In this document: positions 21,095-33,921 of the stretch, in pieces
How positions within the stretch are numbered: the first letter of the stretch is position 1
Layout: each line of letters opens with the position of its first letter
Assembly: GCF_030341905.1 (NCBI RefSeq)
Contig: NZ_JATAAF010000012.1
Location: 17,406 to 81,405, forward strand
From: Porticoccus sp. W117
GTDB taxonomy: Bacteria > Pseudomonadota > Gammaproteobacteria > Pseudomonadales > Porticoccaceae
Length of the DNA stretch: 64,000 bases
Direction of reading: 5' to 3'
Translations under genes and position numbers: made by a program
The notes under the pieces: model-generated
The model's database searches: none
Told to the model about the DNA's origin: nothing
The model's input: only the letters and a program-made list of their open reading frames with translations

Positions 21095-22309
21095 TTAAGC
21101 TGCCACCTTCAATCGATTCCGCCCACTTCTTTTAGCCCCATAAAGCGCATTGTCCGCCGCTTTCATTACTCGCTCAAAAGCACCATCCGCCACTGAGCTA
21201 TCCGCCAATCCCATACTGACGGTAATGCGAATATTGCTTTTGCGGGGGGTGGCACCGCGTTTTTTGATACCGTTTTTCTGCCGCCGTGGGCGGCTGTGTT
21301 TGTCACGCATTACCATGTCGTATTCGGCGATAGTCTGGCGCAGTTTTTCCAGTTCTTCTTCGGTTTGCTCGGCGTTTTTGCCGTTGAACAACAGGCAAAA
21401 TTCTTCACCACCGTAGCGGAATACTTTACCTCCGCTGCCCACTTGGCGAAGTTTTCCGGCCACTACTTTCAGAACCTGATCCCCCAGGTCGTGGCCGTGT
21501 TTGTCATTGATTTTTTTAAAGTGGTCGATGTCCACCATGGCCAGGCTGTAATTGCTGCGCAATTCTTTGGCGGCTTTGTGCAGAGCGCGGCGGTTGGCGA
21601 TCTGGGTGAGTTCGTCCCGGTAGCCGATATGCAGGAAGCTCAATACCTGGTTGATCAGCAGCACCAGACCGATGGTGGCAAACAGTACGGCAGAAATATT
21701 GGCCAGTTGGAACCAGCCAAGGGTAATGCCAGTCAGCAGGGCACAGCCCAGCAGGCTGCTGTCGGCGTAGTTATTGCGCCACAGCAACCGGAAAACTGCC
21801 AGCAGTGAGACGCCAATAAACAGGAAGGCGGCCAGTGTGGGGAGCTTCAATCCGTGAAAGCTGGTAGCCAGCAAGGCGCTGGCTTGGTCGCCGAACCACA
21901 GCGGGTTAATAGCGAACAGGCCACTCATTAACAGTGCGGTCAGAGGTGCCGCCAGTACTGCGATAATGCCACTTGGGTGGCGCCAACTGGTGTCTGGCAA
22001 TAGCAACAGTGCGCCTATGGCGATGGGCAGCCAAAGGGCCAACAGGGAGAATATCTGCCCCGCAGGCTGGGTGGATAGTGCCGCTTGCAGGTGGTTGCGA
22101 ATTAACCAGTAGCAGAGTATTGCCAACAGTGCTGTGGCCAGCTCTCTTCCCTGATGAGCGATCAGGGCAATCAGCGCCGCAAGGGCGCAGATAACATAGG
22201 GCAATGAGGCGAGTTGTTCACCGGGAACGTCGGATGCGTGGGGAAGGGCGACCAGCGCTGCTACCAGGCATAGCAGTGGCGTAAGAAAGCGAGCGAGTAT
22301 CGGCACCAT
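21095..22309 (-). CDS. membrane-anchored GGDEF-domain diguanylate cyclase
   Basis: Multi-TM N-terminal half and a C-terminal GGDEF domain (RYGGEEFCLLF). The likely start is MVPILARF at 22309, because the longer ORF start lies inside REP A2. Confidence 0.85.
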   Translation of the reverse strand: MVPILARFLTPLLCLVAALVALPHASDVPGEQLASLPYVICALAALIALIAHQGRELATALLAILCYWLIRNHLQAALSTQPAGQIFSLLALWLPIAIGALLLLPDTSWRHPSGIIAVLAAPLTALLMSGLFAINPLWFGDQASALLATSFHGLKLPTLAAFLFIGVSLLAVFRLLWRNNYADSSLLGCALLTGITLGWFQLANISAVLFATIGLVLLINQVLSFLHIGYRDELTQIANRRALHKAAKELRSNYSLAMVDIDHFKKINDKHGHDLGDQVLKVVAGKLRQVGSGGKVFRYGGEEFCLLFNGKNAEQTEEELEKLRQTIAEYDMVMRDKHSRPRRQKNGIKKRGATPRKSNIRITVSMGLADSSVADGAFERVMKAADNALYGAKRSGRNRLKVAA

Positions 22310-22379
22310 ACGGCAGTGAGTGGTTGTTGTGCTTATGGTGACAAGTGTAGGGGTTTGCGTGGATTGGGTAAAGGCGTTG

Positions 22380-22556
22380 GCCGCACGTCGCACGTCTGAC
22401 GTCGCACGCTAAAACCAACGTGGTTTTGTCATTCCCGCGGAAGCGGGAATCCATTTGGCTGCTTCGTGCGATCCATGGATCCCCGCCTACGCGGGGATGA
22501 CGTGTTTTTTTGGGCAGCGTGCTTGGTTTTAGCGTGCGACGTCAGACGTGCGACCG
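22380..22556. repeat. REP-like composite element, family A copy 2, carrying a nested family-E element
   Basis: Family A arms at both ends. Family E hairpins (gtcattcccgcggaagcgggaatcc / ggatccccgcctacgcggggatgacg) sit in the centre. Confidence 0.8.
22428..22503. repeat. REP-like element, family E copy 2, nested inside family A copy 2
   Basis: The same hairpin pair as at 18694..18788. Confidence 0.7.
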
Positions 22557-22560
22557 CTAC

Positions 22561-22586
22561 AAAAAAAGCCGCCCAAACTGGACGGC
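22561..22586 (-). terminator. intrinsic terminator of gltA (minus strand; A-run on plus strand = T-run on minus)
   Basis: aaaaaaa + gccgcccaaactggacggc hairpin. Located 28 bp after the gltA stop. Confidence 0.6.
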
Positions 22587-22613
22587 TTTATAGAATTCAC
22601 TAACAGGGCGCTA

Positions 22614-23888
22614 CTAGCCAGGATAATCCCGCTTGGGAGCACCGGTATACAGCTGCCGGGGGCGGCCGATTTTGTAGGCGTTGCTGAGCATTTCGTTCCA
22701 GTGGGCGATCCAGCCCACGGTGCGGCCGGTGGCAAAAATAACGGTAAACATTTCCACCGGAATGCCCATGGCCTTGAGGATGATGCCAGAGTAGAAATCC
22801 ACGTTGGGGTACAGCTTCTTCTGGATAAAGTATTCGTCTTCCAGGGCGATTTGCTCCAGGCGCTTGGCGATTTTCAGCAGGGGGTCTTCCACGCCCAGGG
22901 CTTCCAGCACTTCGTCGCAGGTCTGCTTCATAATGGTGGCGCGGGGGTCGAAGTTTTTGTACACCCGGTGGCCGAAGCCCATCAGGCGGAACGGGTCGTT
23001 CTTGTCCTTGGCGCGGGCGACAAACTCGTCGATGCGGCTCTCATCGCCAATCTGTTCCAGCATGGTCAGTACCGCTTCGTTGGCACCACCGTGTGCTGGT
23101 CCCCACAGGGCGGCAATACCGGCGGCGATACAGGCGAACGGGTTGGCACCGGAGGAGCCTGCGAGGCGCACGGTGGAGGTGGAGGCGTTTTGCTCGTGGT
23201 CGGCGTGCAGCAGGAAGATGCGGTCCATAGCGCGGGCCAGGATGGGGTTCACTTCTTTGTGTTCACAGGGGGTGTTGAACATCATGTGAAGGAAGTTTTC
23301 CGAATAACTCAGGGAGTTGTCCGGGTAGATATAGGGCTGGCCGATGTAGTGTTTGTAACACATGGCTGCCAGGGTCGGCATTTTGGCGATCAGGCGGTGG
23401 GCGGAAATCATCCGGTGTTCCGGGTTAGAGATGTCCAGTGAGTCGTGATAGAAGCTGGACATGGCGCCAACGGAGCCGCACATAATGGCCATCGGGTGGG
23501 CGTCGTAACGGAAACCGTTAAGGAACAGTTCGATAGAGCGGCTCACCATGGTGTGGTAGGTGATGGTGTTGTAGAACTGCTTCTTTTCCTCTGCATCGGG
23601 CAGTTCGCCATTCAGCAGCAGGAAGCAGGTTTCCAAAAAGTCAGATTTTTCAGCCAACTGCTCGATAGGGTAACCCCGGTGCAGCAGAACCCCGTTGGCG
23701 CCGTCGATATAGGTGATTTTTGATTCGCAGGAGGCGGTGGCAGTAAAGCCGGGGTCGAAGGTAAACAGGTTGTTTGATGCCATCGGAGCAATGTTGACCA
23801 CGTCCTGGCCGGCGGTGCCACTGTATACGGGCAGCTCAATGGCTGCGTCGCTACCTTCAAGTGTGAGAAACGCTTTTCTGTCAGACAT
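22614..23888 (-). CDS. gltA: type II citrate synthase
   Basis: [34 protein letters not shown]-terminus and catalytic His/Asp motifs. 424 aa. Confidence 0.97.
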   Translation of the reverse strand: MSDRKAFLTLEGSDAAIELPVYSGTAGQDVVNIAPMASNNLFTFDPGFTATASCESKITYIDGANGVLLHRGYPIEQLAEKSDFLETCFLLLNGELPDAEEKKQFYNTITYHTMVSRSIELFLNGFRYDAHPMAIMCGSVGAMSSFYHDSLDISNPEHRMISAHRLIAKMPTLAAMCYKHYIGQPYIYPDNSLSYSENFLHMMFNTPCEHKEVNPILARAMDRIFLLHADHEQNASTSTVRLAGSSGANPFACIAAGIAALWGPAHGGANEAVLTMLEQIGDESRIDEFVARAKDKNDPFRLMGFGHRVYKNFDPRATIMKQTCDEVLEALGVEDPLLKIAKRLEQIALEDEYFIQKKLYPNVDFYSGIILKAMGIPVEMFTVIFATGRTVGWIAHWNEMLSNAYKIGRPRQLYTGAPKRDYPG

Positions 23889-24166
23889 AGAAACTCCATT
23901 CGAACACCTATACCACTATCGGGATAGGCGTATGAGAAAATAACAAGCCAGAAATCGGGGAAACCCTTAAAAACTGGATGAAGAACCGTTGGGAAAGCTA
24001 TCGTTTGGCGGGATTTATGTCAACTCATATTGTTGTTTTGTAACTGTTTTACACGCTTGACGCCGACTTTTGGGTAGAGAACGAAACAAAAGTCTAAAAC
24101 CTGAGGTAGTGAAGGCGGGAGGAATTTGTAATGGCTCTGTAACGATCCTATAATCAGCCGGCTTTT

Positions 24167-24190
24167 GAAGGGGTTACGCCCCTTTTTATT
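24167..24190 (+). terminator. terminator-like hairpin (gaagggg ttacg cccctt + T-run) in the gltA-sdhA intergenic region
   Basis: 6-bp GC stem followed by tttttatt. Preceded by a GGAGG plus an ATG-GCT-CTG-TAA mini-ORF at 24131. Confidence 0.45.
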
Positions 24191-24305
24191 GATAACAAAA
24201 GAACTACTGCGGCACGCTTTGAATTTGCGCCAATCCATCTGGGTGCGAAGGTGCCAGACCAAATATTCTGCACAATTTGACAGCATACAAGGGGATACAT
24301 AGCCC

Positions 24306-26078
24306 ATGGCTGATATAAGAACGATTGAATTTGACGGTATTGTTGTAGGGGGTGGAGGTGCCGGCATGCGCGCAGCGCTGCAAATGGCACAATCCGGCTT
24401 TAATACTGCCGTGATCACCAAAGTATTTCCCACTCGTTCTCACACCGTATCCGCCCAGGGCGGCATTACCTGTTCCATTGCCAGTGCCGACCCCAACGAT
24501 GATTGGCGTTGGCACATGTACGATACAGTGAAAGGTTCTGACTATATCGGCGACCAGGACGCTATTGAGTACATGTGTCAGGTAGGCCCGGAAACGATTT
24601 TTGAATTGGAGCATATGGGCCTGCCGTTCTCCCGCACCGAAGAAGGCCGCATCTACCAGCGCCCCTTTGGTGGCCAGTCCAAAGAATTTGGTGAAGGCGG
24701 TCAGGCGGCCCGTACCTGCGCTGCCGCTGACCGTACCGGTCACGCGCTGCTGCACGCCCTGTACCAAAGCAATCTGAAAAATAATACGACGTTCCTCAAC
24801 GAGTGGTTTGCCGTTGACCTGGTGAAAAACAGCTCCGGTGCTGTAGTGGGCGTTATCGCCATCAACATCGAAGACGGCGAAGTGGTGTACGTGAAATCCA
24901 AAGCCACGGTATTTGCCACTGGCGGTGCTGGCCGTATCTACGCCTCCACCACCAATGCCCACATCAACACCGGTGACGGTATTGGTATGGCCTTGCGCGC
25001 TGGCTTCCCCATGCAGGACATGGAAATGTGGCAGTTCCACCCCACCGGCATTGCCGGTGCTGGCGTGCTGGTTACCGAAGGTTGCCGTGGTGAAGGTGGC
25101 TACCTGATCAACAAAGACGGCGAGCGCTTTATGGAGCGTTATGCCCCCAACGCCAAAGACCTGGCAGGTCGCGACGTAGTAGCCCGTTCTATGGTTCTGG
25201 AAATTCTCGACGGCCGTGGCTGTGGCGAGAATGGCGATCACGTGTACCTGAAGCTGGATCACCTGGGTGAGGAAGTTCTCAACAGCCGCCTGCCCGGCAT
25301 TATGGAACTGGCCAAAACCTTCGCCCACACCGACCCGGCCAAAGACCCGATTCCGGTAGTGCCTACCTGCCACTACATGATGGGTGGCATTCCCACCAAC
25401 GTGAATGGCCAGGCACTGACTCAGGATGAAGATGGCAATGACGTGGTCATCCCCGGCTTCTACGCCTGTGGTGAGGCGGCCTGTGTGTCTGTGCACGGTG
25501 CCAACCGCCTGGGCGGTAACTCACTGCTCGATCTGGTGGTATTTGGCCGTGCCTCTGGCTTGTTCATTGAGAAGCAGCTGCGCGAAGGCATTGAGCTGGA
25601 CGACGCCAGCGACGCCGACATTGAAGCGGCCATGGCGCGTCTCAATCGCGTTAACAACACCAACGATGGTGAAGGTGCTGCGGAGCTGCGCACCGAGCTG
25701 CAGAGCATCATGCAAAACCACTTCGGTGTATTCCGTCGCGGTGACTTTATGAAAGAAGGCATCGAGAAACTGGCCGACCTGCGCAAGCGCATCGAAAATG
25801 TTCGTCTGGATGACAAGAGCGCCGCCTTCAACACCGCTCGTATCGAAGCGCTGGAACTGCAAAACCTGCTGGAAGTGGCGGAAGCCACTGCAGTGGCGGC
25901 GGAAGAGCGTAAGGAATCCCGTGGCGCCCATGCCCGCGAGGATTTCCAGGAGCGCGATGACGAAAACTGGCTGTGCCACTCCTTGTACTTCCCGCAAGAC
26001 AAGCGAGTCGACAAACGCGATGTCAATTTCACGCCCAGCACCGTCGATACCTTCAAACCCAAAGCGCGTACTTATTAA
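24306..26078 (+). CDS. sdhA: succinate dehydrogenase flavoprotein subunit
   Basis: FAD motif [12 protein letters not shown], covalent-FAD His ([10 protein letters not shown]). High identity to E. coli SdhA over its whole length. Confidence 0.97.
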   Translation: MADIRTIEFDGIVVGGGGAGMRAALQMAQSGFNTAVITKVFPTRSHTVSAQGGITCSIASADPNDDWRWHMYDTVKGSDYIGDQDAIEYMCQVGPETIFELEHMGLPFSRTEEGRIYQRPFGGQSKEFGEGGQAARTCAAADRTGHALLHALYQSNLKNNTTFLNEWFAVDLVKNSSGAVVGVIAINIEDGEVVYVKSKATVFATGGAGRIYASTTNAHINTGDGIGMALRAGFPMQDMEMWQFHPTGIAGAGVLVTEGCRGEGGYLINKDGERFMERYAPNAKDLAGRDVVARSMVLEILDGRGCGENGDHVYLKLDHLGEEVLNSRLPGIMELAKTFAHTDPAKDPIPVVPTCHYMMGGIPTNVNGQALTQDEDGNDVVIPGFYACGEAACVSVHGANRLGGNSLLDLVVFGRASGLFIEKQLREGIELDDASDADIEAAMARLNRVNNTNDGEGAAELRTELQSIMQNHFGVFRRGDFMKEGIEKLADLRKRIENVRLDDKSAAFNTARIEALELQNLLEVAEATAVAAEERKESRGAHAREDFQERDDENWLCHSLYFPQDKRVDKRDVNFTPSTVDTFKPKARTY

Positions 26079-26093
26079 GAGAGGGGCTGTACC

Positions 26094-26798
26094 ATGTTGA
26101 ATGTTGAGATTTATCGCTACAACCCGGAAACGGACAGCGCTCCCTACATGAAGAGCTACCAGGTAGATACCAAGGGTCGTGACCTGATGGTGCTGGACGT
26201 GCTGGAATTGCTTAAAGCGCAGGACGCCAGCCTGGCCTACCGTCGTTCCTGTCGGGAAGGCGTATGCGGCTCTGATGGCATGAATATGAACGGCAAGAAC
26301 GGTTTGGCTTGCATCAAGCCATTGTCAGAAGTAGCTCCCAACGGCAAGCTGGTGCTGCGCCCACTGCCTGGCCTGCCGGTGATCCGCGACCTGGTTGTGG
26401 ATATGAGCCAGTTCTACGCCCAGTACAAGAAGGTGGAGCCCTACCTGCAGAACGACACGCCGGTGGAAGGCATCGAGCGCAAACAATCTCCGGAGGATCG
26501 CGAGAAGCTGGACGGCTTGTACGAATGTATCCTGTGCGCTTGCTGCTCCACGTCTTGCCCGTCTTTCTGGTGGAACCCGGACAAATTTATCGGCCCCGCT
26601 GGCCTGTTGCAGTCCTACCGTTTCCTGGCGGACAGTCGTGACGAGGCCACCGAAAAGCGCCTGGAAAATCTCAGCGACCCGTTTAGCGTGTTCCGCTGTC
26701 ATACCATCCAGAACTGTGTGGCGGTGTGTCCAAAAGGGCTGAACCCGACCAAGGCTATTGGCCATATCCGCCATATGCTGCTGTCCAGTAAAGGCTGA
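26094..26798 (+). CDS. sdhB: succinate dehydrogenase iron-sulfur subunit
   Basis: Three Cys clusters (CREGVCGSDGMNMNG, CILCACCSTSC, CHTIQNCVAVCPKG). Confidence 0.97.
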   Translation: MLNVEIYRYNPETDSAPYMKSYQVDTKGRDLMVLDVLELLKAQDASLAYRRSCREGVCGSDGMNMNGKNGLACIKPLSEVAPNGKLVLRPLPGLPVIRDLVVDMSQFYAQYKKVEPYLQNDTPVEGIERKQSPEDREKLDGLYECILCACCSTSCPSFWWNPDKFIGPAGLLQSYRFLADSRDEATEKRLENLSDPFSVFRCHTIQNCVAVCPKGLNPTKAIGHIRHMLLSSKG

Positions 26799-26805
26799 CT
26801 CCGAG

Positions 26806-26886
26806 CGGTGGATTACGCTTCGCTAATCCACCCTACGGTTTCGAAAATATTTTTGTAGGGTGGATTAGCGAAGCGTAATCCACCTT
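26806..26886. repeat. REP-like palindromic element, family D copy 2
   Basis: ggtggattacgcttcgctaatccaccctac ... gtagggtggattagcgaagcgtaatccacc. Confidence 0.75.
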
Positions 26887-26905
26887 TCTTGAGGAAACGA
26901 TAGCG

Positions 26906-29737
26906 ATGCCAGAAAGCATCACCGAGCAGTTTATTCGCAGCAGCCATTTCTCCGGTGGCAACGCTGATTATGTAGAAGCGCTCTACGAAAACTACTTACA
27001 CGATCCAAATGGCGTGCCAGACGAATGGCGCGCCTTTTTTGATTCTCTACCTCGCGTCAATGGCGGCGGCCCGGATACTTCCCACGCCACCATCCAGCAG
27101 CACTTTGAATTGCTTGGACGACGCAAGGCGCGCAAAGGCCCGGCGCCCGGTTCCGGTGGCGTCAATATCGAGCACGAGCGCAAGCAGGTTAAAGTCCTGC
27201 AACTGATCAGTGCCTATCGCTCTCGCGGCCACCTCAAGGCAAAACTGGACCCTCTGGGTTTGGCGCAGCGCCCCGGTTCGCCGGATCTGGATTTGCACTT
27301 TCACGGCCTCAACAGTGCCGACCTGGATACTACTTTCCAAACCGGTTCACTGTTTATTGGCAAAGACGAAACGACCTTGCGGGAAATCGTTCAGTCACTG
27401 GAAGAAACCTACTGCGGCAGCGTTGGCCCGGAAGTGGGCTATATCACCGATCTGTCTGAGAAGCGCTGGCTTCAGCAACGGGTGGAGAGTGTGCATTCCC
27501 GCCCCAATTACGACAGCAGCGCCCGTATTGATGTGTTGCAGCGCCTGACCGCTGCCGAAGGTCTGGAAAAACACCTGGATTCCAAATACCCCGGCACCAA
27601 ACGCTTTGGTCTGGAAGGGGGCGAAAGCCTGATTCCTATGCTCGACGGCCTGATTCGTCGCGGCGGTGAATACGGTGCCAAGGAAATGGTATTGGGTATG
27701 GCTCACCGAGGCCGGCTTAATGTACTGGTGAACGTACTGGGTAAAAACCCGGCAGAGCTGTTTGAAGAGTTTGAAGGCAAAAAGCTGGTTAACACCTCCG
27801 GCGACGTGAAATACCACCAGGGCTTCTCGTCCAATGTGATGACCCCTGGTGGCGAAGTGCATTTGGCGCTGGCCTTTAATCCGTCGCACCTGGAGATTGC
27901 CTGCCCAGTGGTAGAGGGTTCCTGCCGCGCCCGGATGGATCGTCGTGACGACCCGGAGGGCAGTAAGGTAGTGCCCATCCTGATTCACGGTGATGCCGCA
28001 TTTGCCGGCCAGGGCGTGGTGATGGAAACCTTCCAGATGTCACAAACCCGGGCTTACAAAACTGGCGGCTCTATCCATATTGTGCTCAACAACCAGGTGG
28101 GCTTTACCACCAGCCGCAAAGAGGATGCTCGCTCTACCGAGTATTCCACTGAAATTGCCAAAATGGTTCAGGCTCCGATTATTCATGTGAATGGTGATGA
28201 CCCGGATGCGGTGATGTTTGCCACCATGTTGGCCATGGATTACCGCTACGAGTTCAAGAAAGACATCGTTCTCGACCTGGTGTGCTACCGCCGTCGCGGC
28301 CACAACGAAACCGATGAACCCTCGGCCACCCAGCCGTTGATGTACAAAAAAATCCGCAGCCACAAAACCACTCGTGCCCTGTACGCGGAGCAGTTGGTGA
28401 AGGAAGGGGTGATTTCCGATGCTCAGGGTACTCAGTTCCTCAATGACTACCGTTCGGCGTTGGATAATGGCGAAGACGTTACTCACAACCTGGTGCCAGA
28501 GCCCAAGGAAGTCATGCACTTCGATTGGAGCCCTTATCTGGGCCATGACTGGCTGGTGCCCGGCAATACCGGTTACGACCTGCACAAACTGCAGGATGTG
28601 GCCAAACGCATCAGCACCGTACCCGATGGTGTTGTGATTCAGCGCCAGGTGAACAAAATCTACGATGACCGCCGCAAAATGGCCGGCGGTGCGCTGCCGT
28701 TGAACTGGGGTATGGCGGAACTGCTGGCCTACGCCACGTTGCTGGAAGAGGGCTATCAGGTACGTATGACCGGTCAGGACATTGGCCGCGGCACCTTCTC
28801 TCACCGTCACGCCGTGGTGCACAACCAGAAAGACGGCGAAGCCTACGTACCACTGCAAAACCTGTCGGCGGGTCAGCCTCGCTTTGATATTTACGACTCC
28901 TACCTGTCGGAAGAAGCGGTACTGGCCTTTGAATACGGCTATGCCACTACCCACCCCAACGGCTTGACCATCTGGGAAGCGCAGTTCGGTGACTTTGCCA
29001 ACGGCGCCCAGGTAGTGATCGATCAGTTTATTACCAGTGGTGAGCACAAGTGGGGTCGTCTCTGCGGCCTGACCATGCTGTTGCCTCACGGTTACGAAGG
29101 GCAGGGGCCTGAGCACTCCTCAGCGCGCCTGGAACGCTACCTGCAATTGTGTGCAGAACACAATATTCAGGTGTGCATTCCCACCACCCCGGCCCAAGTA
29201 TTCCACATGTTGCGTCGTCAGGCGGTGCGTCCCATGCGTCGCCCATTGGTGGTGATGAGTCCGAAATGGATTCTGCGTCACAAGCTGGCTACCTCGTCTC
29301 TGGAAGACCTGGCCAACGGCAGCTTCCACTCGGTGATTGGTGACAATCAGGTAGACCCAGCCAAGGTAACCCGCTTGGTGATGTGCAGTGGCAAGGTGTA
29401 CTACCACCTGCTGGAAGAGCGTATTGAACGCGGCATCGAAGATGTTGCTCTGGTGCGTCTGGAGCAGCTGTACCCGTTCCCGGATGATGAGCTTTCAGCG
29501 GTGATCGACCAGTTTAAAAATCTGACATCTGTGGTCTGGTGTCAGGAAGAACCAGTGAACCAGGGTGCTTGGTACAGCAGTCAGCATCATATGCGCCGTA
29601 TCCTGCACAAATTCTACCCGGATGTTTACCTGGATTACGTGGGCCGCGAGGCCTCTGCTGCGCCAGCGGCGGGCTATATGTCCACTCACCTGGAAGAACA
29701 GCAACGCTTTGTACGTGCAGCGCTAACCACCTCCTAG
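26906..29737 (+). CDS. sucA: 2-oxoglutarate dehydrogenase E1 component
   Basis: 943 aa. ThDP enzyme with typical SucA N-terminus (FIRSSHFSGGNADYVEALYE). Confidence 0.96.
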   Translation: MPESITEQFIRSSHFSGGNADYVEALYENYLHDPNGVPDEWRAFFDSLPRVNGGGPDTSHATIQQHFELLGRRKARKGPAPGSGGVNIEHERKQVKVLQLISAYRSRGHLKAKLDPLGLAQRPGSPDLDLHFHGLNSADLDTTFQTGSLFIGKDETTLREIVQSLEETYCGSVGPEVGYITDLSEKRWLQQRVESVHSRPNYDSSARIDVLQRLTAAEGLEKHLDSKYPGTKRFGLEGGESLIPMLDGLIRRGGEYGAKEMVLGMAHRGRLNVLVNVLGKNPAELFEEFEGKKLVNTSGDVKYHQGFSSNVMTPGGEVHLALAFNPSHLEIACPVVEGSCRARMDRRDDPEGSKVVPILIHGDAAFAGQGVVMETFQMSQTRAYKTGGSIHIVLNNQVGFTTSRKEDARSTEYSTEIAKMVQAPIIHVNGDDPDAVMFATMLAMDYRYEFKKDIVLDLVCYRRRGHNETDEPSATQPLMYKKIRSHKTTRALYAEQLVKEGVISDAQGTQFLNDYRSALDNGEDVTHNLVPEPKEVMHFDWSPYLGHDWLVPGNTGYDLHKLQDVAKRISTVPDGVVIQRQVNKIYDDRRKMAGGALPLNWGMAELLAYATLLEEGYQVRMTGQDIGRGTFSHRHAVVHNQKDGEAYVPLQNLSAGQPRFDIYDSYLSEEAVLAFEYGYATTHPNGLTIWEAQFGDFANGAQVVIDQFITSGEHKWGRLCGLTMLLPHGYEGQGPEHSSARLERYLQLCAEHNIQVCIPTTPAQVFHMLRRQAVRPMRRPLVVMSPKWILRHKLATSSLEDLANGSFHSVIGDNQVDPAKVTRLVMCSGKVYYHLLEERIERGIEDVALVRLEQLYPFPDDELSAVIDQFKNLTSVVWCQEEPVNQGAWYSSQHHMRRILHKFYPDVYLDYVGREASAAPAAGYMSTHLEEQQRFVRAALTTS

Positions 29738-29786
29738 GTGATGGCTGTAACCAATAATTAACTGAAAAAAACCAAGGAACAAAACA

Positions 29787-30983
29787 ATGTCAGTCGAAAT
29801 CAAGGCCCCGACATTTCCAGAATCAGTTCAAGAGGGTTCCATTGCCACCTGGCACAAGCAACCGGGCGAAGCGGTAAGCCGCGATGACCTGCTGGTGGAT
29901 ATCGAAACCGATAAAGTGGTGCTGGAAGTTGTCGCTCCTCAAGATGGTGTGTTGCAGGAAATCCTCAAAGGCGAGGGCGATACGGTTCTCAGTAACGAGG
30001 TGATTGCCCGTATTGAGGCTGGCGCAGCCGCCGCTGCCAGTGCCGCACCGGCTGCAGACGCTGCACCTCAGGCGGAAGCGCCTGCCGCTGATGGCGAGAA
30101 GCCGGTTGCCCCAGCTGCTCGCAAATTGGCAGAAGAACGCGGTATCGACCCGCAACAAGTTACTGGTACCGGCAAGAATGGCCTGGTAACCAAAGAAGAC
30201 GTGGTGGCTCACAAGGGTGCTGCCGCCCCAGCTGCCCCAGCTGCTCCCGCTGCTGCAGAGCCGGCAGTCATCCCCGGTGAACGGGTTGAAAAACGTGTGC
30301 CCATGAACCGTATGCGCGCCCGTATTGCCGAGCGCCTGCTGGACGTCACCCAGAGCACTGCCATGCTGACCACTTTTAACGAGGTGGATATGCACCGGGT
30401 GATGGATCTGCGCGCCCAGTTCAAAGACGCCTTCATAAAAGCCCACGATGGCACCAAGCTGGGCTTTATGGGCTTTTTTGTGCGCGCCGCGGTAGAGGCT
30501 CTGAAACGCTTCCCGTCAGTCAACGCTTCTATCGATGGCAAAGACATCGTTTACCACGGTTATCAGGATGTGAGTGTTGCAGTGTCCACTGAACGCGGCC
30601 TGGTGGTACCCGTATTGCGCGATGCAGACCAAATGAGCATTGCCAACATCGAAGCCAAAATTGCCGAATTGGGTGGCAAAGCTCGCGATGGCAAACTGAC
30701 TATTGATGAAATGACTGGTGGCACCTTCACCATCACTAATGGCGGTGTGTTCGGTTCGCTGCTGTCTACACCGATTATCAACTCACCGCAGACCGCCATT
30801 CTGGGCATGCACAGCATTCAGCAACGCCCTGTAGCTGAGAACGGTGAAGTGGTGATTCGTCCGATGATGTACCTGGCTCTGTCCTACGATCACCGCCTGA
30901 TCGACGGCAAAGAAGCGGTGCAATTCCTGGTAGCGATTAAAGAAATGATTGAGAATCCGGCCAAGATCCTTTTGGAGATTTAA
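29787..30983 (+). CDS. sucB: dihydrolipoyllysine-residue succinyltransferase (E2o)
   Basis: Lipoyl domain ([10 protein letters not shown]), Ala/Pro linker, E3-binding domain, catalytic DHRLIDG. Confidence 0.96.
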   Translation: MSVEIKAPTFPESVQEGSIATWHKQPGEAVSRDDLLVDIETDKVVLEVVAPQDGVLQEILKGEGDTVLSNEVIARIEAGAAAAASAAPAADAAPQAEAPAADGEKPVAPAARKLAEERGIDPQQVTGTGKNGLVTKEDVVAHKGAAAPAAPAAPAAAEPAVIPGERVEKRVPMNRMRARIAERLLDVTQSTAMLTTFNEVDMHRVMDLRAQFKDAFIKAHDGTKLGFMGFFVRAAVEALKRFPSVNASIDGKDIVYHGYQDVSVAVSTERGLVVPVLRDADQMSIANIEAKIAELGGKARDGKLTIDEMTGGTFTITNGGVFGSLLSTPIINSPQTAILGMHSIQQRPVAENGEVVIRPMMYLALSYDHRLIDGKEAVQFLVAIKEMIENPAKILLEI

Positions 30984-31052
30984 TGGTCGCCTTCGCGGGA
31001 ATGACAAAGTAAAGATTTAACTTTAACTTATCGATATAAATTATTGATTTAG

Positions 31053-32498
<1,446 letters not shown>

Positions 32499-32545
32499 GT
32501 ATTGTAGTGCGGTGTGCGCTTAGGCTGGGCACGCTGAATATAGTG

Positions 32546-32710
32546 GTCGCACGCTTCACGTCGCACGTCGCACGCTTTTATCCGAACCCATGTAGGTCGG
32601 CCTTTAGGCCGTCAAAATTCGACACTACGTAGTGCCTTTATTGACGGGCTAAAGCCCGACCTACAGAGTGCTTGGTTTTAGCGTGCGACGTCAGACGTGC
32701 GACGTGCGAC
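32546..32710. repeat. REP-like composite element, family A copy 3
   Basis: gtcgcacgtcgcacgc ... tgtaggtcggcctttaggccgtc ... gacgggctaaagcccgacctaca ... ttttagcgtgcgacgtcagacgtgcgacg. Confidence 0.8.
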
Positions 32711-32739
32711 AAAAAATATCCATCCAGAGATTAGAAGTT

Positions 32740-33906
32740 ATGAACTTACACGAATATCAAGGGAAGCAGCTGTTCGCCGAATACGGCCTGCCGGTTTCTG
32801 CTGGCATCGCCTGCGAAACCGCATCTGAAGCGGTAGCGGCTGCAAAAGAAATTGGTGGCGACACCTGGGTTGTTAAAGCCCAGGTGCACGCTGGTGGCCG
32901 CGGTAAAGCGGGTGGCGTAAAGCTGGTAAATAACTACGAAGACGTAGAGGCATTTGCCAAGCAATGGCTGGGCAAAAACCTGGTGACTTACCAGACAGAC
33001 GCCAACGGCCAACCTGTGAGTCGTATCCTGGTGGAAACTTGCACCGATATCGCCAACGAGCTGTACCTGGGTGCAGTTGTTGACCGCTCCACTCGCCGTA
33101 TTGTTTTCATGGCCTCTACCGAAGGCGGTGTTGAAATCGAGAAGGTGGCGGAAGAAACCCCTGAGAAAATCCTCAAAGCGGAAGTTGACCCGCTGGTAGG
33201 TGCTCAGCCTTACCAAGGCCGCGACCTGGCGTTCCGCCTGGGTCTGGAAGGTGTTCAGGTGAAGCAATTCACCCAAATCTTCCTGGGCCTGGCAAAAATG
33301 TTCCAGGAAAAAGACCTGGCGCTGCTGGAAATTAACCCGCTGGTAATCACTGACGAAGGCAACCTGCACTGCCTGGACGCCAAAGTCGTCATCGACTCCA
33401 ACGCGCTGTATCGTCAAAAAGCCGTTAAGGAAATGCACGATCCCTCTCAGGAAGACGCTCGCGAAGCGCACGCTGCCCAGTGGGACCTGAACTACGTGGC
33501 TTTGGACGGCAACATCGGTTGCATGGTGAACGGTGCTGGTCTGGCCATGGGCACCATGGACATCGTTAAGCTGCACGGCGGCCAGCCCGCCAACTTCCTC
33601 GACGTGGGTGGTGGCGCTACCAAAGAGCGCGTGATTGAAGCCTTCAAGATCATTCTCTCCGACGACAGTGTGGAAGCGGTACTGATCAATATCTTCGGTG
33701 GCATCGTGCGCTGTGACCTGATTGCCGAAGGTGTAATCGGTGCGGTTGAAGAAGTGGGCGTACAAGTGCCTGTGGTGGTTCGCCTGGAAGGCAACAACGC
33801 CGAAGTGGGTGCCAAGGTATTGGCCGACAGTGGCCTCAACATCATCGCCGCGACCAGCCTGACCGATGCTGCACAGCAAGCGGTAAAAGCCGCTGCTGGC
33901 AACTGA
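32740..33906 (+). CDS. sucC: succinyl-CoA ligase (ADP-forming) beta subunit
   Basis: Start [19 protein letters not shown] at 32740. The ORF-track start 32668 is an in-frame extension through the REP. Confidence 0.96.
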   Translation: MNLHEYQGKQLFAEYGLPVSAGIACETASEAVAAAKEIGGDTWVVKAQVHAGGRGKAGGVKLVNNYEDVEAFAKQWLGKNLVTYQTDANGQPVSRILVETCTDIANELYLGAVVDRSTRRIVFMASTEGGVEIEKVAEETPEKILKAEVDPLVGAQPYQGRDLAFRLGLEGVQVKQFTQIFLGLAKMFQEKDLALLEINPLVITDEGNLHCLDAKVVIDSNALYRQKAVKEMHDPSQEDAREAHAAQWDLNYVALDGNIGCMVNGAGLAMGTMDIVKLHGGQPANFLDVGGGATKERVIEAFKIILSDDSVEAVLINIFGGIVRCDLIAEGVIGAVEEVGVQVPVVVRLEGNNAEVGAKVLADSGLNIIAATSLTDAAQQAVKAAAGN

Positions 33907-33921
33907 GTGGAGAAGTAGACC

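Noticed and set aside
21095-22393. Longer GGDEF ORF start at 22393
   Set aside because: Its first 28 codons are encoded by REP family A copy 2. The internal ATG at 22309 (MVPILARF...) is the more plausible start.
24204-25496. 430-aa minus-strand ORF antisense to sdhA
   Set aside because: Same reasoning. sdhA identity is unequivocal.
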